From assembly GCF_018977255.1 (NCBI RefSeq), contig NW_024704742.1, positions 134,728,001 to 134,792,000 of the forward strand: 64,000 bases of DNA, given 5' to 3'. This document shows, in pieces, positions 41,383 through 51,355 of the stretch; positions within the stretch are counted from its first letter, which is position 1; each line of letters opens with the position of its first letter. The notes under the pieces are model-generated. The model was not told where the DNA came from. It saw nothing but the letters and a program-made list of their open reading frames with translations, and did not search any database. The DNA is from Callorhinchus milii. Taxonomy: Eukaryota. The translations under genes were made by a program, and so were the position numbers.

Positions 41383-44300
41383 CTCGATGTTAATTTGGAA
41401 GTTCTTAAGAAGAAACCCAACTTACAAACTGAAACCAAGTTTAAGATTTCTCCTTAAAACTGGGTTACCTGATGTTTGAAGCCTTATGGGCTAAGACCAG
41501 GTGGAATTTCACGCCTCCTGGTACGATCTGAAACATCGACCAGACTTTGGAAAAGAAATTAGAGTAAAGCATTACAGACATTGTTTTTTTTTTGTACACC
41601 GAGTTTACTCTTTTGTCCTATGGAAGAATACGCATAGCTTTTTGGAAGAAAATAAAACAAATGAACACACACACCCACACACACACACAAACATTTGCTG
41701 ACTGTCCATCCTCTGTTCCAGTTCTATGTTACCCTCATCCTCGTCTTTTGGCAAATAAATAGGACAATAATCATCGAAAACAATATCACTGGTCCCTCGA
41801 CCACGTCAAGCGAAAAACATTCTAGTACAAATAATAAAGAGTGAGGAAAAGTTATGCTATAACTGAATAAATTCTGCTTTGGTTCTCAGTAGGAAACATT
41901 GTTTTACTCTTCACTATGACATGTGACTGTTGGAAGCCATTGCAAATGGCAGTGAATAAATTATCGATGTTCAGATTTCTTTAGTTCACACTAAATCAAC
42001 ATATCAACCCCCATTCCCTTCTCCCCCTCCCCCCCGACCCTCCCTTTTCGTTGCGCGCCATCTTTTCCAAGGTATCGAATTCAACTGTGTTTTGCTCTCA
42101 CAGTCCAGTATATACACAAGTGTTTCACAATCTCTAACGAATAGCAGGTTTTTTTCTTTTTCTCATGCATAAATAAAACCATTTTTTTTTAAAAAAAAGG
42201 AAAAAAAAAATCTATTCTCTTAAATTAAAAAACGTTACTCAATAATCACAATGCATCACCTCGCTAATTTTTTTTCACAGCTACATGCATAAAATCATAG
42301 CACTTTTTTTGGCAGTTGCTAACGTTTTCACACTACACTTGAACACAGAACAATTAGTCAATTAGATCTAAGTAGGACAATGTGGAAATAAACACTTTCT
42401 TTTAAAACACTCGCACTCACGCACACACACAAAGGAAAACAAAGACAACGGATTGTTTCTTTAGTATATGAAAACTGTAAACTTTCGGGGGAGGGGGGTC
42501 GTTCCATGAATATCCCCCAAATACCATTAAACATTACAATCCTTCCATAAGCGCACCAGTCACCTATCACATAAATTACAACTTAAAACGTATAAAGCTT
42601 TTTTTTTCATCATCGTCACAGTTACCAAAAAAACGAGTGAATAATTTATTACATATGCTATAATAACATCACCGTAGATACTATCATCTATGAGGTATAT
42701 CTGAGAAAATTCAGTAAAGAGTCTGCACTGCCAACGTTCTCAATCGGTTTTTCTTAAAGCTTTGGTAATTTAAAGAGAGATAAACAGAGAGATCGATCTC
42801 GATAGACAGATATATAAGACAGATAGATTGATAGAAGGTAGGTAGACAGATAGATTAGAAAGAGGAGAAAACTTTGGTATCTTTGTTTAGTTCTTTGCAT
42901 GGTTGCATTGCAAAGCACCAGAGTACAGTGGCTCACTGGCAACATAAGCAGTGGCCTTGTCAAGCTGAGGTATTCACATGAATAAAAAAATGCACAGAGG
43001 TCTAGAGACTGGAAAGAAACACCGCTTTGGTTCAAGCAAGGCACTCGTCCCGTGGTATATCACACTTTGCAAACTAAAGCGTGCATCTCGATTTTTTGGG
43101 GGGGTTTCTTTTGCGGGTGTAAAACACAGGCAACTTGGTGGTCACCCATTCTAAATGTGCACTATTCTTTTCTGCGCGATCAATTTTTTTTTGTCTACGC
43201 TGGCTGCGTTCGGCTTTTACTTTATACAAAGAAAAAAAAAGATATGAACAATCTTACGATCGTACCAAGGAGCTCAAGTCAGTCACGGTGTTAATAGTCT
43301 TTACATGGTGAATTCTCATTTGGAGCAAATAAGCAAAAATGGCCTGAATTAGATTCCGCTACAGATAGATTCTTCTATTACCACTACACTCCTCAATTTA
43401 CAGATTGTTTCACCGGTAAATGGACGAGATAAAATAAAATTTAAGGGAAGAGGTAATGTACCAATTGAGATGCACTGGTGGGTCCAACATATAATAATGT
43501 AATAATAATAATCCTTGCATTTGATATATACAATGGAATACAATACAACATTAGATTTGTATAGCGCCTTTCACGTTGGGAGGAAGTCCCAAGGTGCTGG
43601 ACTGTCAGGGATTTGTAGGCACAGTTAAAGAGGAGAGTATTCAGGTGCAGGCAAAGCAGAGAGATTTAGGCAAGGGGTTCCAGAGGTTAGGAGCATAGTG
43701 ACTGAAATATGGGGGGGGAAGAGGGAAGGATATGTTTCTAGGCAGGCACCTATCTGCAAAGGATGGGCGGCATTGAAAAGCAGGGATTGGAGCAGTATGG
43801 AAAATGCTGCTGCCACACATGTCTCTGTCCATGCCCAGTGAAACAAAAGGATTCTTCCAGAACATTAACTTGGACCTAATTTGTCATTAAGGATGCCCTA
43901 AAATACATCAGAGCTGTGAAATGAGTGTCTTAGGTCCTTTTACACAACTTTAGCAAATTGTAGAGAGAGTGGTAGATAACAACTGAGACACTCTCTCGGT
44001 GAAATTTCTTTTCAGCAAATTCTAAATTAAAATGTTAACGGATTTCCTTTTGGAGGTGGGGGTGGGGGGGAGGGAAAGGGGGTGTAACATTTTATAACAG
44101 ATTTGGGTTTATTTTTTCCCCCGTAAATATTATATCTTAGAATCCTGTTGAGCTCAGTTCAGTTTACTACAATGGAACAAAAAAATCACAAATTACTTTT
44201 TGTCTTGATTCATTGAACGGGCGAGTAGATTAAAAAAATGGTTTCACCCACAAAATATAGAGTCAATTCACTTTATAGTGTATTGTGTGAAGCGCTTTGA

Positions 44301-47300
44301 GACATCTCAAAGATGTGATAAGGCCCTGTATCAAATGCAAGGATTATTAGTTGGTTAGGGTTGGGTTTTTTTCCGTTTGTGTCGCTAACACTGAAAGGCT
44401 TCTCCGCAAACGAAAGAAGCTGTCTAAAGCCACTATAAGGACACAGGGCTAAACTTTGGCAGAAAGCTTATTAAAAGTATAGACACAGAAGGAATTACCT
44501 GCACATTTTAGGAATAAAAGTAACTGCTTTTGATCTTGAAGCCAAGCTTCTGAGTCAGTCCAGCAGTAACAGCACAGAAAAGAATTTGAGAAAGGTTTAG
44601 AATGAGTGCAAGTCGCCATTCGAATCTTTGGGGTATCTTGAGTTGTAGCTGTATCTAAAAACAGTTTATACATGGGCAGGAAGTTAACGCAGACCACGCA
44701 GAGAAAGAAATCTTTGGTATCTTTGGTATCGATTAAATTACAAATGGAAAATTCAGTGAGGTAGCCTCTTTGGTTCTCACTAGAAGTAGAAAGAGCTTTT
44801 TACACACATACACACACACACACACACACACATACTTCAGACCTGGAAGCAGTTAGTTCAGGATTGGATGGTAGGTTGGTTGGGGTTGGGTTTTTTCCGT
44901 CTCTGTCGCTAACGCTAAAAGGCTTCTCCGCAAATGAAAGAAGCTGTCTAAAGCCACTATAAGGACACAGGGCTAAACTTTGGCGGAAAGGTTATCAAAA
45001 ATATTTCCTGTTATGTATTCACTTTCCCGTCAGTACGTGCTATATTGTTCCACATAAAATCATTGCTCGTCCATGTATTATTAATCAGAGCGAAGGATTA
45101 TTTTCCAGTGCTTATTGTGGGATAATTCTTCACCATTGAAAACTGAAAATGAGAAGTTGCAGTGCTTAAAGACCTAACAACCAAACGTTTATCTATCTCC
45201 TGCGAAAATATGGCGATGCATAATTTGCTCATAAGGTGTTTCAAAAGGCAACAGGATGAAACAAGAGAAGTGCTAAACTGTTACCATTTGAAATAATTCT
45301 AGGATATATTTCAATTAATCTTAATATGAGTAACTTATTGGGTATGACTACCTTGTTGATTTGCAATCTGTTGCAAGCAGTGTTTTGTAACTGTTAATAC
45401 TTTAAAATAATTAAATAAAGAGGGTATTAAGGGGTATGGTGAAATGGCGAGAAATTGGGATTAAAAAGATCTGACAAGATCTGAAACTGGTGAAACAGGC
45501 CTGATGGGCTGAATTGCCTCCTCCTGCTCCTCTTTTAATATGTTCCTTAAAGAGTTTCTGCTATATAAAAAAACAAAGTACAAAAAATGGCATAAAATGT
45601 CATAAATAGAGATCATTTGAAAGCACTGCATCTTTCATATTTCATACACATTTATATTATTTGTTATTTTTTTTTAAAAAATCACCTTTTAAATATATAA
45701 GATCACAATAAATATCCTCAAAATAATACTACTAATCAATCAAATCGATCTTTTCTTGGTTTTTTTCCGAACAAACTTGGGTACTTTTTTTNCCCCTCTC
45801 TTTTTCTACTATTTCTTTCTTTAAAAGAAACGCTTAAACAACAACTTTCAGCTCTTAAGAGGGGAGAGAGAAAAAACAGCGTTATAACATCTGTAGGTAC
45901 CATGACAAGCAATGAAGATATTACGCTCAACTGTGCGAACACGTTAACACACGGCGCATTTCTTACAGCTGAGCGTTGGCAGAACAACACCAGCCAGCCA
46001 CACAGAGAGAAAGTTGCTCATTTCACTCCTCCCTGCAGGCAAGAAGCCCTCAAGTTAGTTGGTCCGATGGTGTCTTTTTTTTCACTCGGTTTCTTTGGAA
46101 TATAGCTTTGGTAAAGAAGAAAACTGAAACATTCCTGGATAAAGCTATTGGACTTAAGAAGTACACGAAAAAAAACGGCACAGTCTTTTTGTACTTTAAC
46201 TTTGTGGTGGTGGGGAGGGGGGGAGGTGGGGTGTGGGGAGAAGTTGAGTTGTTGATTTTATTGGGGTTTCCCCCCCCCCCCCCAGTTTGGTTCTTCAAAG
46301 TTGAACTCATCCATGACGTGTGCTCGGGCTCCATGCACAAGATGTGGAATGAATGTTTTGCACAAGAGAACAGAAATAGAAACTCTTAACTAACTCAATG
46401 CAAAGCAAGATGTCTCACACACACACACACTGTCCGTTGCAACAGTGCATTCCAGTTACCATTAAAACATATCTCTTTGTTCTTCCTTTTTCGTTGTTGT
46501 GCTTCGAGTGGAGAATAGACTTTGGTTTTCATAAACTATTGGTGATTTGTTGATTTTTTTTAACAAAGGAAAAGAAAACGCACATAAATAACGATCGCTT
46601 CGAAGCTATCATGAGGGGAATTACGCCAACTTTTAAAAACACGTGTGAAATTAGCCGTACAATACATTTGCAGCTAATTTGGAATATTGCCTGGGTTGCA
46701 AATTGGAATGGATTCGATCGCTTTGGAAACGCTTTTGAAGAAATAAACATTAAGATTCGATTTAAAATAAATTGGGTGCGATATTTGCCCGACGTTAACT
46801 TAACAATTACGACTTCTGGAGGTTGACTGGAAAAAAATAACAGGAACCACAATAATACAAAGGGAAATGTAATGGATTTGCAAACACCCCCATATTTAGT
46901 TGCATTTATCCAGACATGGGGGATGTGTTGCTATCTTTGGTAGAGGTGATGAGTTTGTATCCCAACATCTTGTGCTTGGAGACGATTGGAATTAATTCCT
47001 TCCTTTGGGAATTGCTTAAAACAGGAGGGAATTGGGAAAGCGAGTAGCCAATTTCCCTCCTAACATCGAAAGATAGGTCAATAGTGCGTTGAGCACTCAA
47101 CTGCAGAGAGAGAGAGAGAAAGAGCACTGTATAAAATCTTCGAAGAGATCCACATCTCTTTGAAGTTGACTTTGGTTGAAGCGGAAGAGGTTTTCTGTTG
47201 TTCTGTACAACTTTTCTCAAAAAGAAAACTGCATAGGCACACGTTAAAGACAATATTCAACTTTAAGAGACAGAGAGCGTTGTTGGTCGAAGCAGTAAAT

Positions 47301-49045
47301 AGTCTGTGGCATTGCTTCCTCCTTTTTTTTTCTTTGTTTCAACCCTATATTTTTTTCTCATTTCATACAAAAAAAAACTGCTTCCCCAAAAAACGACTAA
47401 GACATCCATTGAAACACAGTGTGCACGTTGCTTCCTGACGTGCTTTTGTTTCAGTCTTTTTTTGTTGCAGAACAATTTTAGGTGCAGAAAAAAGTTTCTT
47501 TGGTTTCGATTCAATAATAAATAGACAAAAAAAAGTATCTCAAGAGTCTTCGCCGCTGTCTTTCGAGCCTTTGAACACACCAATGAGCGATCTTCAAAGG
47601 GGCTGGGTTCAGTGGTGAATGTGCACATGTGGGGAATATACAATGCTATTTAGATCTGGCTTTTGTAATGGGGGAGAATGAAGGTGGAAAGCTTTTAACC
47701 TTTGTGCTTCCGCACTCAGCACTAGACAGCCTCTTTATACAGACTACCCAATGGTGAGATTGCAGTACTTAACAGATGTTGCCCTAGCATAGAATCTAGC
47801 TGGAGGGAGGAATGCATAGTAACATGGAGCTATTGGAAACAAAACAATATTTACTCTTCCGGGAGCAAATGGCTCTATTCAGTGTGTCATAGCTGTGTTA
47901 CTTACATGTGTTCATGTGAGTGAGTTGGTTGGTTGGTTGGGTGGGTGATGGTTGGGGGGAGATGGTATGTCCTGATGGGATATTGCAAGAGAAGCCAGTT
48001 TTTGGTTACCGAAAGTACAGGAATGTGCTTGAAGGTTTTGTACTTGCATTCTCGCCGCTGTGACTATAAGTGGCTTAACTGCAAGAGAGCAGGGCATGTG
48101 TTACCAGTGACATTCAATGTGTGTCATGTGTCCATCTTAAACAGGTGGCTAAGAAGTGCCTTTGAAGTCTTTTTGTGCTTGCCTGCTCGCCCTAAATACA
48201 TCGCCCACGCCGAGGGCTTCTTTGGTAACGAGCTAGCATGATTGTGTATGTAAATGGTCACTGACAGTCTGGGTTATAAATGGTGTTGAGTCAGTTTATT
48301 CCACCCACCAAAATGGATTTAGTGTAGTGTTGCTGGAAGCTGAGAGGGAAAATGAGCGAAGAAAGCACTCGGTGACATCAGGTGCCCCATTTTCTCATGG
48401 TTTTAGCCTTACATTTTAAAGCTGTGAAGAAATTTCATAAAATGTCTCAATCTGGTCTTACTTTGGTTTTCCTCAGTCGACCGAAACAAAACAGTTTGAA
48501 AATAAGACCAGATTTTGCAAAATTTTGCCCGGCCTTAAGTTTGGAGCCAATAGTCCTAAGTCTAACACCACAAGATATTTTGGAATCCTCTGATGTGACG
48601 TTGATGGATCCCAAAGCAGAGAACTTTGCAGAATATTGCTCAGCAACACAGCTCTCAGTTACTCTGCCTGGCATCATCTGCCAACTTTCCATTAATGAGA
48701 CAGTTTCCCCATTCAGCTAACAGCATTGCTGCCTCCCTACTTCCCACCACCAACAACAATAAACACTTTGGGGGTGGATTTAGATGCAGGACAAGGTGGG
48801 TATTTGGAGTTGAGGTACAGATCAGCCATGGTCTAATAGAATGGCGGAACAGGCTCAAGGGGGATGAATGGACTAGTCCTGTTCCCATGTTCCCAGGACG
48901 GACGGAAAGACACAGTGCTTCTGTACGTGTAACGCATAGATTGTGCTATCGCACTCACCACTGAACCCAGTCTCTTCAAAAGAAAAGGGGAGAAAGATTA
49001 GACGGCTTTGAGTATCGTGCCCAGGTTCTGGAGCACTTTCCTCAA

Positions 49046-49338
49046 TCATGCTTTGGTGCAAGTGCTAGAGGTGGAAGATGAAGCCCCTGGGCTCGAAAGG
49101 GCCTCATCCTGCCACTTGTCTAAGCTTCTTCTCCGGGCGTTCATAAAGAAATTACTGACCGTGCTCAGTTCCAGGCCCAGCTGTTGCGAGATTGTGATCT
49201 GCATCTCCTTGGAAGGGCGTTTGTTTTCCTTGAAAATGGCAAAAAGAGTCCGGCGCTGGAGGTCGGTGAAAACTAGCCTTGCCCTCTTTGGTGTATTGTT
49301 CTTCTCCTTGTTCTGTTCTTGTTCCTTGCGTTTGCACG
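49046..49338 (-). CDS. ONECUT2: One cut homeobox 2, terminal coding exon (homeodomain)
   Basis: C-rich tract plus AG acceptor at 49340-49339; ACKRKEQEQNKEKNNTPKRARLVFTDLQRRTLFAIFKENKRPSKEMQITISQQLGLELSTVSNFFMNARRRSLDKWQDEALSSPGASSSTSSTCTKA-TGA. Atypical F48/M50 ONECUT homeodomain; the DLQ/LFAIF/EMQ residues and tail-to-tail position next to FECH favour ONECUT2. Confidence 0.95.
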
Positions 49339-49507
49339 CTGGAGTGAGGGGAGGGGGTTGGGTGGTGGTGGTGGGGGGTGGGGTGGGTGGGGGGGGGGAG
49401 AAGGAGGCAAAGGAGAGAGAGAGAGAGAGAGATGCTCAGAATCTATTCAATTTCGAATCGCTTCATTCCATACATTAATTCCTCTTCACAACTTATTACC
49501 GAAGTTG

Positions 49508-49875
49508 TGGAGTCCTGTATTGTAGTGGTTAGAGCGCTTGCCTCTCAAACAAGAGGACCCGGGTTCGATTCCCGGGCGGGACAAAACCATCGGCAAGTTT
49601 CCTTACTCCAACCACCTCTGTTTACCTAGCAGGTTGTAGGAACCCGGTTGTTAGTCGATTGGTGGATCACTTTCCGCTGGTAATAATCCCTACAAAAAAA
49701 ATATGGTCATTCAATTCACGCTGGTTGTGGGACACCGCTGTGTGCCTGACATTGGCTGATACATTTCGGCCACACAATACCCAGTCAATCCACTTTACAA
49801 TAGGCGTATCAAAACGCTGTGAAGCATTTCGATACGCCTGATAAGATGCTATATCAAACGCAAGGATTATTATTA
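49508..49875 (+). mobile_element. Full-length tRNA-SINE, long subfamily
   Basis: A box tagtggttagagc, B box ggttcgattcc, internal ctctgtttacctagc segment, (TTA)n tail. Confidence 0.9.
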
Positions 49876-50861
49876 AATCCCCCCTCCCTTCCCACCTTCA
49901 AGGCCTGTCTCAAGATGCTCCTCTTCGTCTGTGCCTTCGGTCACCCTCCTATCCCTAACCTCTTTGCCCTCCATCCCTCCTGATCCCAACCCTCAGCTCG
50001 GGTCCCAAACCATGACTGCCCCGTGCCTTGGGACGTCCTCTCGATATGAAAGGAGTTATACAAATGTAATTTGTTCTTGTTGTTGTTGACAACTTATTAG
50101 AGTGTTGGTCAACAGCTGTTGATTTATCAGTCATTGTCCTTTCCGAATTATCAATGACAAACATTTAATTTCACTAAAGAACTATCCAGCCACTGTTACT
50201 GCAATAATGATTTAATGGCCTGCTCTCTCTGTGCTGTACTTGTAGGGACTATATACAGATAGACACACATATATATAGTGTGCCCTTCATGCGGACAGCA
50301 TCTCGGAGCACTTAACAGTGATGGAGCCTGACCCGAACCAGGGGGAGGTGACTGTAAGCACGGTCAAAGGGGAAGGTCTTCAGTCGTGATCTAAAAGATG
50401 AGGAAGGAGGGGGCAAGGTGCAGGCATTGGGGAAAAGCGTTCTAAAGTGTCGGGGCCCAGTTGCTGAAAGCAACCTCAAGTGAATAGTTTTGCAGTCGGA
50501 TTCAACCCATAAGTGGTATATCTCGTTTTCTCATTTAAATAATGTACCAGCCCGATGTAAATAATATCTTTTACTGATGATATTTTCATCGCCCTGTTGT
50601 GTCTGCTGTCTTTTTCAGATGCTCCTCAACGAGCTATCCGAGGTGCTGAAACAAGATCCGCAATTCAACACAATAGTTTGTTTCTATAGTTTTCCTGCAC
50701 CTTTCTTAAATTGCGTTAACCGGTAAGTACATTTATCTCTCCATGCTGCATATTAAATACAGTGTTTGAGAGGCTTACCCCAAGTGTGGTTACTATTGAT
50801 TTTTAATAAGTTGGAAGAGAAGTAATATTTCACCCAAGGCTATGTGTTGAGGCAGATGTTT

Positions 50862-50877
50862 CCGGTAGATGGCAGTG
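50862..50877 (+). promoter_or_regulatory. Candidate CTCF site
   Basis: CCGGTAGATGGCAGTG, one mismatch to the CTCF core. Confidence 0.4.
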
Positions 50878-50989
50878 TTGTACTTGTTATTCTCGATGGC
50901 AGATACAGTCATGTTATCCCACTGCAGTACTGCCATGGAAACACATTCCACAGACTGCAACCCTCTCCTACGCAGCAATGCTTCGCAGA

Positions 50990-51355
50990 CAATAATAATA
51001 TATAATAGTCCTTGCATTTGATGCAGGAACCTTGTCCCGTCTTCCAGACGTCTCAAAGAATACACTGTAAAGTGAATTGACTGTGTATTTGTGGGCGAAA
51101 CGCGGCAGCCAATTGTGCACAGCAGTGTCTCACAAACAGTCGTGGATTGAGTGACCAATTTATTATCTTTTGCGTATGAAGGAATTATTGCCCCTGGAAA
51201 AGCGATCCGTCAATCGACTAACAACCGGGTTCCTTCTTACTGCAAGGTAAACAGAGGAGTAAGGAAACTTGCCCAACGTTTCGTCCTGCCGGGAATCGAA
51301 CCCAGGTCTGTCACTTGCAAGGCAAATGCTCTAGCCACTGAGCTACAGGACTCCA
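50990..51355 (-). mobile_element. Full-length tRNA-SINE, long subfamily
   Basis: Complete element on the - strand. Confidence 0.9.

Larger units (their letters stand above)
31345..49045 (-). other. ONECUT2: Putative very long (~17.7 kb) ONECUT2 3' UTR
   Basis: Strand-biased miRNA seed clusters, U-rich sequence on the - strand, fewer young SINEs, and AATAAA on the - strand at 31364-31369; mammalian ONECUT2 is known to have a >10 kb 3' UTR. The distal end is inferred. Confidence 0.65.

Noticed and set aside
40240..41452. Apparent ~60 bp unique duplication (40240 vs 41390)
   Set aside because: It is the palindromic core of the MITE family also seen near 39450, so it was not counted as a local duplication
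49008..49478. 156-aa + strand ORF
   Set aside because: Antisense shadow of the ONECUT2 exon plus the G-rich tract
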